A stretch of DNA of 63,975 bases, counting the filler, from Candidatus Woesearchaeota archaeon (lineage in GTDB: Archaea > Nanobdellota > Nanobdellia > Woesearchaeales > BM511), in NCBI GenBank assembly GCA_023266675.1. It is 5 parts of 5 records of this genome, joined end to end, with 100 filler letters (N's around TTAATTAATTAA, not from the genome) between each part and the next. Parts side by side here need not be neighbours in the genome. Positions count along the whole stretch, not along the records: positions 39,871 to 48,676 come from JAHFPP010000056.1; positions 48,777 to 57,539 come from JAHFPP010000057.1; 3 more parts are not named here. The stretch is one strand, 5' to 3'. A program made the translations under genes and the position numbers. Numbering within the stretch: position 1 is the stretch's first letter; each line of letters begins with the position of its first letter. Of this stretch, positions 39,871 to 49,502 are shown piece after piece. Below the pieces are notes generated by a model. The model was given only the letters and a program-made list of their open reading frames with translations, was not told where the DNA came from and searched no databases.

Positions 39871-40757
39871 GGCTGCGAGATTAAAGTTCTAATTAGATTA
39901 TTTTCATCATTGCTCAATTTTATCTCTAGAAATCCTGCTTCGCCTTTTTTTATTATTGAACCATCTACTGCGATATAACCAAAGTTAGCATCATCTCCTG
40001 AAGCTATATTAACTCCGGCATATACAGGAATAATCATTTTTCCTGTGTCTGTATTAATGCCAATCATTTCAACTTGCTTGTTTGTAACAGGATGAATCAC
40101 GCTTCTAAACTCATCAGTTCCGTTTGACGTGCTTCCATCAAACAGTCCATTACCATACTGTGTTCCGTTATTATCATAATCAAGCATCATATTTTTCAAT
40201 TGGGTTGAAAATACTGAAGGATTATTTTTTATAATATTTTTAAATGATACAGTATCCCATGTTGAGCCCATCATAAACATCTTCTTATTATTCTCTGACA
40301 CGTTATTATTATTGTCTGGTATGTCAGAATAAACATTATCAACTATCTGGGAAAGAGGTTTGTATGCTTCAACCTGCTTAGTTTCGCAAACCTGTGTAGT
40401 TGGAGTAGAATCATTATACAGGCAACCGCTAATTGTATGCAGTCCTGTATTATTGAAAGTTACCTGATAATTGCTTCCCTGAACATATCTTCCTTTTACA
40501 AGTTCGCCAACTTTTCCGTCTTTTTGTATTGTATAACTTGTAGAATTAGGTTCAGGAACAATGCTTCCGTTAAAACTAACATTGAAAGGTTTGTTGTTGT
40601 CTTTTCTTACTTCATCAACATTCAATTTTGCTTCAAGATTTTGTATAACCGGTTGTGTTACAACAGGTGCGCTTCCTCCGCCGCCTCCACCGCATCCAGT
40701 AATGCTTAATGCAGCGTATGCGCCAACTAAAAATGATGTTATCCTCGAATAGTTCAT
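39871..40757 (-). CDS. Lipoprotein with poly-Gly linker and Ig/PKD-like domain, 3' end at gap
   Basis: Lipobox ITGC followed by GGGGGGS; GGTGA Shine-Dalgarno. Confidence 0.7.
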
Positions 40758-41138
40758 ATTTTCTTCACCTTATCTTTTTCACTTTTTTTATTGTGATTAA
40801 TTGATTATGAATTATGATTGATTATGAATTATGCAGACTCCGGATTATCCAAAATCATCTACTAATTTAATAGTTACTATGAAGTAGGTATAATGAAATG
40901 GTATATAAATCTTTTTATTTATTACTACTCGATGTTAATAACAAAAATAAGGTAATTAGAATTTGTTTTATTGCACTAACCTTTGTTTTATAATTTATAT
41001 TTTTATACTTATTTCAAAAGTATACTCATAAGAACCCATTTACACAATTCTTCTCTATTCCACAATATTTATAAATGATTCATAAATACTCTGGGTATAC
41101 CCCTAGGATATAACAATAACCTATAATATATAGATAGC

Positions 41139-41213
41139 AGCGGGATAGGGCAGCCAGGAGTGCCCGCCGGGCTCATAACCCGGAGGTCGGAGGTTCAAAT
41201 CCTCTTCCCGCTA
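41139..41213 (+). tRNA. Initiator tRNA-Met (CAT)
   Basis: Cloverleaf AGCGGGA/TCCCGCT with A1-U72, anticodon stem CCGGG-CTCATAA-CCCGG with three G-C pairs, GGTTCAAATCC T-arm; CCA not encoded. Confidence 0.97.
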
Positions 41214-41290
41214 CTTTTAATTTTTTATTGTGTTTATTGAACTTCTAAATTAATTTAATATTTTCATATATACTAAATAAATTTAATTTA

Positions 41291-42010
41291 TCAAATAAAA
41301 GAAGTTAGAAGCATTATAAGAAATATTCCTGTAGCCATAGCAATTACAACTCCCTTGGATAAATTATTTCTTGTTTCAGGAAGCAAAGTTGAAGCACCAA
41401 TATACAAGAATTCTCCTACAAACGCCGCAAGCATAATTGCAAGAACGCTTTCAGAAATATTTATTGTTGTTGTTGCAAGAATACCAACAAACGGGGCCAA
41501 TGCGTCAAATACAAGAAAGGTTATTGTTCTTTTAATATGCTGCTTATTTTTAAGCATTAATGTAACTGTATTTATTCCATCTGTAAAATCATGGAATATT
41601 ACTGCGAGTGCAACTATCAAACCAACTGATGCATTAATTCGAAATGCTGCTCCAATAGCTGCTCCGTCTAAAAAACTGTGTAGTATGAGGCTTCCAGCGC
41701 CAATAGGACCCATTATGTGGTTATGGTCATCATGATCTCCGATGTGGTGTGTTAAAAGAAATCTTTCGATAAGGCTGTAAAGAAAGAAGGACAGTACAAC
41801 TGTTATCATTACATATCTTACAGGAATATTAACTGATCCTGCAAGCTCCAAACTCTCAGGCAAAAGGTCTAAAAAAGAGACAGCGATTAAACTTCCTGCA
41901 GCAAAAGCAAAGAAAAAAGGAAGGTACTTTCTGAATTTTACAATTATTGCTCCACCAACTAGCGTTGAAATAAATGCCGCCAATGCAAAAATAAGTATCA
42001 ACCTATCCAT
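41291..42010 (-). CDS. ZIP-family metal (zinc) transporter
   Basis: His-rich loop HHIGDHDDHNH, HSFLDG, HDFTDG, LLPE. Confidence 0.92.
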   Translation of the reverse strand: MDRLILIFALAAFISTLVGGAIIVKFRKYLPFFFAFAAGSLIAVSFLDLLPESLELAGSVNIPVRYVMITVVLSFFLYSLIERFLLTHHIGDHDDHNHIMGPIGAGSLILHSFLDGAAIGAAFRINASVGLIVALAVIFHDFTDGINTVTLMLKNKQHIKRTITFLVFDALAPFVGILATTTINISESVLAIMLAAFVGEFLYIGASTLLPETRNNLSKGVVIAMATGIFLIMLLTSFI

Positions 42011-42088
42011 AATTTCTCATCTTTTTATTGTTTGAACTGTTATATCATACTTTGATTGTATATAGTAATCTAAACCTTTTTATATACT

Positions 42089-42111
42089 TTATTGATTTTA
42101 ATTATCAATAA
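42089..42111. promoter_or_regulatory. Fur-box-like palindrome
   Basis: TTATTGAT-N7-ATCAATAA; core TGATTTT-A-ATTATCA versus the 7-1-7 TGATAAT-N-ATTATCA; just downstream of TTTTTATATA. Confidence 0.6.
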
Positions 42112-42134
42112 GCAAAATTAAGGTGGAAGAAAAA

Positions 42135-42527
42135 ATGAAAGAATCACGACAGACAAAACAGAAAAATATCCTTGAAAAGAAGCTTAAAGAGCAAACAAAA
42201 TTATTCAATGCAGAAGAATTGCATAACGAAGTAAAAAAAGAGGATAAAAATATAGGAATTGCTACAGTCTACCGTTTCTTAAAAGAAAACCTAAAGAAAC
42301 ACAGCATCCATTCATATGATTGTAATAGGAAAAAGATTTACTCATTAAAAACAAACAATCATTGTCATTTTAAATGCGAAAAATGCGGAAAAACTGAGCA
42401 TTTTGACATCAAAGAGGTAAATTTTTTAAAAGAAAAACTGAAAGGTGACATATGCAACTTTCAGATTGATGTAAATGGAATATGCGAGGAGTGTAAACTT
42501 AAAAATCAACGTTTTCCTACTTTATAA
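42135..42527 (+). CDS. Fur/Zur-family metalloregulator
   Basis: TKQK...AEEL...IGIATVYRFL, HCHFKCEKCG, GICEEC. Confidence 0.92.
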   Translation: MKESRQTKQKNILEKKLKEQTKLFNAEELHNEVKKEDKNIGIATVYRFLKENLKKHSIHSYDCNRKKIYSLKTNNHCHFKCEKCGKTEHFDIKEVNFLKEKLKGDICNFQIDVNGICEECKLKNQRFPTL

Positions 42528-43495
42528 ATTTCCTTAGCAATCTCTTTTATCCTATCCACCTCTGTAAGCGTTTTGAATAGGAGTTCGCCATAATCATGAA
42601 CGATTATCTCTTCATCTTTAATTTTTATCACTGCAATTATTACAGCATCTTCAACTGTTTCAAAATTCTTTGTAATTTTTCTTATGTCAAGCAACATTTT
42701 CTTTTTTGGTTTTGCTGTATACGCTGATTTGGTTTTACACTCACTGACAACAAATTCTTCATAATTTTTTTTATCAAGAAGAGAGTATTCACCAATGCAA
42801 ACCATGCATTTAGCACTTTTATTAACCTTGAAGTTTTCAAATTTGTTTTTCCAGACATCAAATCGCATAAGTTCTTTTGACGGATTTTTGCCAAGAATGA
42901 TTTTCAATGCTTCAGCAACCTGCATTGATGCAACAATATGCGTTGTTGAACTAATCACACCATCAGTATCACATGTTGCAAGGTTCTTTGAGTCATTAAA
43001 AATACAGCTAAGGCATGCACCGTCAGCTAATACATTATATACTACTCCAATTGAACCAGATGCAGCGCCGTAAATAAAAGGAATCTTTCCCTTTTTTGAG
43101 TATTCATTTAGAAGAAACCTTGTCTCCATGTTGTCTGTGCCATCAATGATGACATCAGCTTTTATTTTGTCAATATTCTCTGCGCATATCCTTTCAGTTA
43201 TTGCTTCAATTCTGACATTTGAATTTATCTTTTCAAGATGTATCTTCAATGCTTCAACTTTATACTTTGAAACGTCATTTTCAACATATAATGACTGTCG
43301 TTGGAGATTGGACTCTTCTACTTTATCATTGTCAAATATTTTCATCCTACCAATCCCGGCACGTACTAGAAGATCTGCACTGACGCTGCCAAGAGCGCCG
43401 ACGCCAACAATTGTTATCGATGAGTTTTCTATTCTCTTTTGTCCTTCTTTTCCAATCTCTTTAAACAATTCCTGCCTTGAATATCTATCTGCCAT
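42506..43495 (-). CDS. ThiF/MoeB/E1-like adenylyltransferase
   Basis: RYSRQ, GVGALGS, SNLQRQ, DGTDN, CLSC...C...CMVC. Confidence 0.92.
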   Translation of the reverse strand: MADRYSRQELFKEIGKEGQKRIENSSITIVGVGALGSVSADLLVRAGIGRMKIFDNDKVEESNLQRQSLYVENDVSKYKVEALKIHLEKINSNVRIEAITERICAENIDKIKADVIIDGTDNMETRFLLNEYSKKGKIPFIYGAASGSIGVVYNVLADGACLSCIFNDSKNLATCDTDGVISSTTHIVASMQVAEALKIILGKNPSKELMRFDVWKNKFENFKVNKSAKCMVCIGEYSLLDKKNYEEFVVSECKTKSAYTAKPKKKMLLDIRKITKNFETVEDAVIIAVIKIKDEEIIVHDYGELLFKTLTEVDRIKEIAKEIYKVGKR

Positions 43496-43614
43496 AACAT
43501 ATGGGGAATTATATCCTCTTAAAAAGGTTTTTGAGAAATAAGTAAATAATGATATTACTTATAAGTAGTTAAAATATCGAAAAGTTTATAAACTTACACT
43601 TCTCATTATATAAT

Positions 43615-44871
43615 ATGAGATTAAATAGACACGATATCTTAAAATATGCAGGTGCAGCGGCAGCAAGCATAGCATTAAGCATGTATGGATGCAGCAAAAC
43701 TGACGCACCAACAGAATCCAAACAATTAGGTCTTGAAAAAAAGATATTTATATACACTCAAAGCCTGACAAGCACAAAAAACGATGAGCTCGTGCTGCAG
43801 TCTTCTGACTTTTGGATACCTCACCTTTATGACCTCTCTTTTGATAGAACATATGAATCACGAGATACAGGCAAGAAAAAGACTGTAAAGAAAAAAATAA
43901 AAGGCAAATGGAAAAATGTTTCTGAACCGATATATACTGATGTGCTTGTAAAAACAACACCACATTTAACAAATAGGGCATCGCAAAAATCAATAGATAA
44001 CTTTGTTGATAAATCCGGAGAATTATATATAACTCCAATGCTAGGTGTTCAAAATACAGAAGACATAAAAGAACTCCTTTTAGACCCCAAAAAATATGTC
44101 TCATTAATTGCAGACGAGATAAAAAGGAAAGGATTTGACGGGATAACTGTTGACATAGAGAGGGAAACTATTGGAAAAGAATACAGCAGACAGCTTGTTT
44201 CATTCATGGAGGAATTAAGGCGTCAACTCCCAACCAAGGACTACACAATATCAATTGCGGTCTCTCCGCGATTCAAAGGTTCAGAAAAAAATTATCCACA
44301 CCACGCTTTTTATGATTATAACAGTCTTGAAAAACACGTTGATTATATCCATCTTATGTGCTATGATTTCCATAAGGGAGTAAAAGGAAATACGCCAAGG
44401 CCAGTATTAAGCGACTCGGAATTAAAAAAAGTTCTGGACTATGCCGTAGAGACAATTCCAAAGGAAAAAACAGTAGTGCTACTCCCTTTCTATGGAGGGC
44501 AATGGACAGTAAAAGATGTATTAGTAGGAAAAGGAAAAAAGAGACATACAGAACAGGCATTCTCAAAACCAAAAGCGTTAAGCGCAGATTATCAGAGCAG
44601 GAATATGAGTAATTTTAACATCAAAAATAAAACTTATGATAATGGAGAACTACGCATAGAAACAAAAGACGGAAAAATAATATACGGGCAGGATGAAAAA
44701 GTTTTTAGTGACCGCCTAAAAATTCTTGATGCTTATAACGTGCCAGGTGTAGGTGGATGGAGACAATCACACGCGTCAACAGAAATACTTGAAACATATA
44801 AAGGATGGAAACCAAGCACATATAATCTTGGTGCATTCTTTAACAGACTGTTTGGCGCAAAATTATTCTAA
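43615..44871 (+). CDS. GH18 glycoside hydrolase (chitinase/YaaH-like) lipoprotein
   Basis: FDGITVDIE catalytic motif, LMCYDFH, PFYG, GVGGW; Tat-like NRHDILK and lipobox MYGC. Confidence 0.85.
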   Translation: MRLNRHDILKYAGAAAASIALSMYGCSKTDAPTESKQLGLEKKIFIYTQSLTSTKNDELVLQSSDFWIPHLYDLSFDRTYESRDTGKKKTVKKKIKGKWKNVSEPIYTDVLVKTTPHLTNRASQKSIDNFVDKSGELYITPMLGVQNTEDIKELLLDPKKYVSLIADEIKRKGFDGITVDIERETIGKEYSRQLVSFMEELRRQLPTKDYTISIAVSPRFKGSEKNYPHHAFYDYNSLEKHVDYIHLMCYDFHKGVKGNTPRPVLSDSELKKVLDYAVETIPKEKTVVLLPFYGGQWTVKDVLVGKGKKRHTEQAFSKPKALSADYQSRNMSNFNIKNKTYDNGELRIETKDGKIIYGQDEKVFSDRLKILDAYNVPGVGGWRQSHASTEILETYKGWKPSTYNLGAFFNRLFGAKLF

Positions 44872-44893
44872 ATATTAACTGAACTAAACAATA

Positions 44894-45469
44894 TCAAATT
44901 ATTATTCTTCCAATAAAATAAATCTTATTATCTTTTCCTGCAAGATGATTGACATATTTGACAAATTTTTGTATTCCTTTTTTTCTATTCAAAAGTGTAA
45001 TCGAATTATGTGACGATAAAATTTCAGAATATTCTCCTGTTCCGTCAACATAGATGATGCCACCGCCGCAGTCATTTCTCATTTTTACGGAAAAGTCAAT
45101 TATTAACTCCACTGATGGTTTCTCTATTGTTTTGTCGTTTATCAATGTGTAGTCTTTCCATCCAAAAACGCGAATCTCTCCTTCTATCTTTTTTATCTTT
45201 TTCCCAATAATTGATGAAATATATGCTTTTAGAAATTCGTTGCTTATAACCTTCTTTATTGATTCTGGAAGCACAGATTTTTTATACGAAAATTCCATTC
45301 TTCTCCTGCACACTTTAAAATTTATAGCACTTATCTCGCTAATCATTCTGTCAAACTCTTTTCTCTCAAAAAACTCCATCAGCGTAACGCTTGGCAGCGC
45401 ATTATTCTTGTAAAACTCCTGACTTAATTTTTCTACAATCTCAGTAGACAGGTAACCCTTGTTAATCAT
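44894..45469 (-). CDS. Degenerate 2OG-Fe(II) oxygenase domain (Ofd1/Tpa1 C-terminal-like)
   Basis: DYTLINDK in place of HxD; GGGIIY, FVKYVNH; start refined to MINKGYL overlapping the upstream stop. Confidence 0.7.
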   Translation of the reverse strand: MINKGYLSTEIVEKLSQEFYKNNALPSVTLMEFFERKEFDRMISEISAINFKVCRRRMEFSYKKSVLPESIKKVISNEFLKAYISSIIGKKIKKIEGEIRVFGWKDYTLINDKTIEKPSVELIIDFSVKMRNDCGGGIIYVDGTGEYSEILSSHNSITLLNRKKGIQKFVKYVNHLAGKDNKIYFIGRIII

Positions 45470-46079
45470 GAAACCACCCACCAAGCGCAAGTCTCTTTTT
45501 CTTAACAATAACTTCTTCAACTTCATGAAATGAGATTTTTGAGACCTCAAAGAAAACAAACGTATTTTTTTTAGGAATTATCCTAACTTTTGCATTCATC
45601 TTCTTATCAAAGAATAGGAGTGCTCCGCCATCATTCCTTTTCATTGTTGAAAGATAAATTAAAAACGCAATCTTTCGACCAGTAACCATGTCATCATGGC
45701 ATAACAGGTAACACGCATCCTCATAGATGCTTCCTGCAAGATCAATTTTTTTTCGTCCTAGCGTTAGTCCGCTAATCTTTTCCATGTAAGAAATAAACTC
45801 ATCTGAGATTAGAAACTCTCTAAATCTAATCAGCACATTCTGTTTTGATGAAACTAAATCATTTGTCTGCTTAACTTTAAATAAATCAGATTCTTTTAAG
45901 AAAAACTCTTCTTTCTTCAATGCAATTTCAATCTCTCTTAACTTCTTTGCTCTAAAAAAATTATTAATCTCAATATGCGAAAATGGTTTGGCATCTTTGA
46001 ACTGTCTTGAAAACTTGATTATTCTATCTTCTGTCAAATAGTCCTTATTTATCCAATTATTAATCTGATTCTCTTTCAT
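45462..46079 (-). CDS. 2OG-Fe(II) prolyl-hydroxylase-like oxygenase (OGFOD1/Tpa1 N-terminal-like)
   Basis: AKPFSH, SDLFKVKQTNDL, LLCHDD, RKIAFLIYL, GGAL, SFHEVEEV, RLALGGWFH. Confidence 0.85.
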   Translation of the reverse strand: MKENQINNWINKDYLTEDRIIKFSRQFKDAKPFSHIEINNFFRAKKLREIEIALKKEEFFLKESDLFKVKQTNDLVSSKQNVLIRFREFLISDEFISYMEKISGLTLGRKKIDLAGSIYEDACYLLCHDDMVTGRKIAFLIYLSTMKRNDGGALLFFDKKMNAKVRIIPKKNTFVFFEVSKISFHEVEEVIVKKKRLALGGWFHD

Positions 46080-46193
46080 ATCTTATCCACTATCATTCTT
46101 ATTTTTATACTTTATCCTGATTATGTTTATTTTTTTCCATATTCTCCAAATAAGAACACAAGATATAAATAGGTTCATCTTTCAAATAATTAT

Positions 46194-47384
46194 ATGAACA
46201 CTGAGTGCATACGCTGCAAGGGAAGAAATTTTTGCGCAAGAACATATTGCCCGCTTATCTCAAAAATATCTGCGCAAAAAAACGTAAACATTTCATCAAA
46301 ACAGGATTTTTTTGGAAAATCACCAAACATATTTGTTGGACGGTATGGATACCCCGATATTAATGTAGGATTCTTATCAACAGAACAGTATACAGAAGAA
46401 GATGCGCCGATAAACTGGACAATGAAAAATTATGGCATCCAAAAGATAATTGATTTGCGAACAAGCCTTGTAAACTCAAACTTCAAGTCAAATATTAAGA
46501 CGTTTGATGATAAGCTAGTTGATATGGGTAAAGAGATTGCGCTCTCAAGTAAACCAGTTGATGTTGAGATTAATCTAGAAAAGAAGCCATCATTTGAACT
46601 CTCATTTAATCAGGATGCAATGCCTCACGGGCCAAGCGTAAAGCTGAAAAAAGCTAGCATAACTGAGAATCCAAAAATACCTACAAAAGTTGACAAAGTA
46701 ACATCAGACACAGACCTTAAGGCGAATCAGGGATTAAATTTGCTGTACAGAAAAGGTTATGATGAGCATTACCTGACAAAAATATTTTCTGTCGGCACGC
46801 TTGGAATAAAAGAAAAAAGAAAACTTGTACCGACTCGCTGGGCGATAACAGCAGTTGACGACACTTTAGGAAAACAGATGGTTAGCGAGATAAAAGAATA
46901 CAACGTAGTTGATACATTTTCTGCCTATTACGGAAATCATCTTGGTAACTATTTCCTTGTACTTATATTTCCTGAAGTGTGGAGCTATGAACTTTTTGAG
47001 ATGCCTGTCTCCTCAACTGAATACACTCATGATGTAGAAGGATTTAACGGACGAAATGCATATGCAGAAGAAACTGCAGGCGGATACTATGCTGCAAGAC
47101 TTGCAATACTTGAACGGTTAAAACACGAAAAAAAGCAGGGGTTTGCGCTGACATTAAGATTTATTTCAAATGATTACTGGGCGCCGCTAGGCGTATGGGT
47201 TGTGCGTGAAGCAGTAAGAAATACTATGAAGCAAAAACCGATAGAGTTTTCATCAAAGGAACTCATGATAAAATATGCAAAGTCGCTTTCTAAGAAAAAA
47301 TTTGGATATGACATCACAAAAGTTTTGGCAGCAAGCAAGATTCTTAACGAACACCACACTCAAAGAAAACTTTGGGAATTCTAA
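46194..47384 (+). CDS. nreA: Nre-family DNA repair protein
   Basis: N-terminal CIRCKG...C...C, FVGRYGYP, KLVPTRWAITAVD, GGYYAARL, PLGVWVVRE, PIP box QRKLWEF. Confidence 0.9.
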   Translation: MNTECIRCKGRNFCARTYCPLISKISAQKNVNISSKQDFFGKSPNIFVGRYGYPDINVGFLSTEQYTEEDAPINWTMKNYGIQKIIDLRTSLVNSNFKSNIKTFDDKLVDMGKEIALSSKPVDVEINLEKKPSFELSFNQDAMPHGPSVKLKKASITENPKIPTKVDKVTSDTDLKANQGLNLLYRKGYDEHYLTKIFSVGTLGIKEKRKLVPTRWAITAVDDTLGKQMVSEIKEYNVVDTFSAYYGNHLGNYFLVLIFPEVWSYELFEMPVSSTEYTHDVEGFNGRNAYAEETAGGYYAARLAILERLKHEKKQGFALTLRFISNDYWAPLGVWVVREAVRNTMKQKPIEFSSKELMIKYAKSLSKKKFGYDITKVLAASKILNEHHTQRKLWEF

Positions 47385-47405
47385 ATAATCCAATAATAAA
47401 TTAAT

Positions 47406-47741
47406 CTATATTGATCTAGCAATATTATCATAATCTGTTTTTTCTATCTCTTTAAGTTTTTTTGCAAAAACCTTGTATGTCCGCGGTCCGACTTCTGTTA
47501 TTATCGAAAGCTTGTCATAAAAATCGCGAAGTGATATCTCCTTTTTAGTTAATTTTTTTGAAAGAAGATAATCATCTTTTCGCTCGTATGTTCCAAGAAT
47601 CTTAAGTGTTTCTGAAACAAAAACAATCAATTTGTCAGTTTCATCAACATCTGAAGGGGTATAGTCTATCTGCAGAGCATCAAAACTTGTCATCTTCTCA
47701 AAATCCTCTTTTTTAAGCCTGTATAAAAAATATTTATTCAT
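47406..47741 (-). CDS. Hypothetical protein (possibly EVE/PUA-like)
   Basis: 111-aa ORF overlapping the dus stop; DKLIVFV and KEIEKTDYDNI weakly EVE-like. Confidence 0.55.
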   Translation of the reverse strand: MNKYFLYRLKKEDFEKMTSFDALQIDYTPSDVDETDKLIVFVSETLKILGTYERKDDYLLSKKLTKKEISLRDFYDKLSIITEVGPRTYKVFAKKLKEIEKTDYDNIARSI

Positions 47742-48676
47742 ATTCTCACTCTATTTTTTAGATAGGTGTCAAGTATTTCTTTTAAATCTTCTTCTTTTTC
47801 TGCTTTTAATAATCTTTGCCTAAGCTCTGATGCGCCAAAAACACCTTTTGTAAACCAAAGTGCGTGAGTCCTGATTTCGGATAATTTAAATCTTCTCTGG
47901 TGTGTCTTGTAAATCTCCATCAATTCAATAAAACCGTCAAGTTTTTCCTCTGGCGTAACTTTTTCATACGATCCGTTTCTTAAATAATTATTGATTTGTG
48001 AAAAAATAAACGGGTTGCCCATCGCAGCGCGTCCAATCATTACTGCGTCACAGCTACCGCTTTCAAGTTTTTCTTTAACTTTCTCAGGAGAATTTACGTC
48101 ACCGCTTCCAATAATTGGTATGTTCGCTTTTTCCTTCACCTGTTTTATCGCGTTCCAGTCTGCTTTTCCGCTGTATCCCTGCTCTTTCGTCCTTCCATGA
48201 ATGCTTAAAGCGTCAGCGCCGGCGTCTTCAACTATTTTGGCGACTTCTAAATAATTTATTGACTTCTCATCCCATCCAATCCGTATCTTTGCCGTAACAG
48301 GGACATTAACAGCGTCTTTTATTGTTCTTATAATTTTTCCGATATTTTCAGGGCATTTTAGGTTGTAAACCCCTCCTTTTTTTGCAATGACATCCTTATC
48401 AGGGCATCCAAAATTGATGTCAATTAAATCAACATAAGGTTCAATTATCTTTGCAGCTTCTGCCATTTTTTCGGGGGTTGCGCCGACAATCTGACCGCCA
48501 AGCGGACGCTCGTCAGCTATGAAATCATTGAACCTTGAAAAAGCCTGAATCACGCCATCCTCATCCATCAAAGGCGAATAAACAAGTGCTGCACCATGAA
48601 GTTTACACTGCAATCTAAACGCTGCGTGTGTAACACCAGCCATTGGGGCAAGTACTGCATTTCCTTCAAGCTTTAA
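47738..48676 (-). CDS. dusB: tRNA-dihydrouridine synthase (DusB/NifR3 type), 5' end at gap
   Basis: LAPMAGVT, DINFGCP, TAKIRIGWD, IHGRT, VMIGRAAMGNP. Confidence 0.92.
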   Translation of the reverse strand, partial: LKLEGNAVLAPMAGVTHAAFRLQCKLHGAALVYSPLMDEDGVIQAFSRFNDFIADERPLGGQIVGATPEKMAEAAKIIEPYVDLIDINFGCPDKDVIAKKGGVYNLKCPENIGKIIRTIKDAVNVPVTAKIRIGWDEKSINYLEVAKIVEDAGADALSIHGRTKEQGYSGKADWNAIKQVKEKANIPIIGSGDVNSPEKVKEKLESGSCDAVMIGRAAMGNPFIFSQINNYLRNGSYEKVTPEEKLDGFIELMEIYKTHQRRFKLSEIRTHALWFTKGVFGASELRQRLLKAEKEEDLKEILDTYLKNRVRI

Positions 48677-48776
48677 NNNNNNNNNNNNNNNNNNNNNNNN
48701 NNNNNNNNNNNNNNNNNNNNTTAATTAATTAANNNNNNNNNNNNNNNNNNNNNNNNNNNNNNNNNNNNNNNNNNNN
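48677..48776. other. Artificial contig linker
   Basis: N-run with TTAATTAATTAA. Confidence 0.99.
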
Positions 48777-48777
48777 G

Positions 48778-49326
48778 GGCGGCAAATGGTCAAAGGAATT
48801 AGCTGAAGAAAATCTTTTACGAACACACACAACAGTGCTATCAGCAGAATACTTAAAAAAAATAAATGAAGGCGAGTTTAAAACCCCTGCAAAATTCTTC
48901 TCAGTAAACAAGGTTTTTAGAAATGAATCGCTTGACTGGAAACATTTGTTTGAATTCAATCAGGTCGAAGGGATAGTAATTGACCCAAATGCAAATGTAA
49001 AACATCTTAAAGGATACTTACGGGAGTTTTTTGGAAAGATGGGGTACACAGACATAAGAATGAGGCCAGCGCACTTCCCATATACTGAGCCAAGCTTTGA
49101 AGTTGACGTTTATAATCCAAAAAGAAAAACATGGGTAGAGCTTGGAGGCGCAGGGATATTTAGACCTGAAGTCACAAAAACATTAATTGGAGTTGAAGTA
49201 CCAGTTCTCGCATGGGGGCTTGGTATGGAAAGGATAATCACAGAATACTTTGAAATAAGCGACTTACGTGAGCTTTACAAGAACGACTTAAAGCAGTTAA
49301 GAAGAATGAAAGCGTGGATGAAATGA
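48778..49326 (+). CDS. pheS: Phenylalanyl-tRNA synthetase alpha subunit, C-terminal part
   Basis: LRTHTT, VFRNE, EFNQVEG, FPYTEPS, GIFRPE, AWGLGMER. Confidence 0.96.
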   Translation, partial: GGKWSKELAEENLLRTHTTVLSAEYLKKINEGEFKTPAKFFSVNKVFRNESLDWKHLFEFNQVEGIVIDPNANVKHLKGYLREFFGKMGYTDIRMRPAHFPYTEPSFEVDVYNPKRKTWVELGGAGIFRPEVTKTLIGVEVPVLAWGLGMERIITEYFEISDLRELYKNDLKQLRRMKAWMK

Positions 49327-49496
49327 TGAATAAAAAAGATTCATATAAAATGGAATACGGAAAAGAAAGAATGATGATTGGAGTATTACTCTTAGTCTCT
49401 TTAATCTTCATATACCTTCCTTCATCTGTTATACCTATGAAACATATAGCCGCCTTAATGATAGGCGCTACCGCAATATATCTAATGCTGAGTTAA
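49323..49496 (+). CDS. Small two-TM protein between pheS and pheT
   Basis: ATGA overlap with the pheS stop, two hydrophobic helices, ends 6 nt before pheT. Confidence 0.6.
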   Translation: MMNKKDSYKMEYGKERMMIGVLLLVSLIFIYLPSSVIPMKHIAALMIGATAIYLMLS

Positions 49497-49502
49497 AACA
49501 AA

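Noticed and set aside
40801..40833. 17-bp duplication TTGATTATGAATTATGA
   Set aside because: Low-complexity two-copy repeat, no further support for function
41139..42527. Integrated element at tRNA-iMet
   Set aside because: No integrase and no duplicated tRNA 3' end found in the contig
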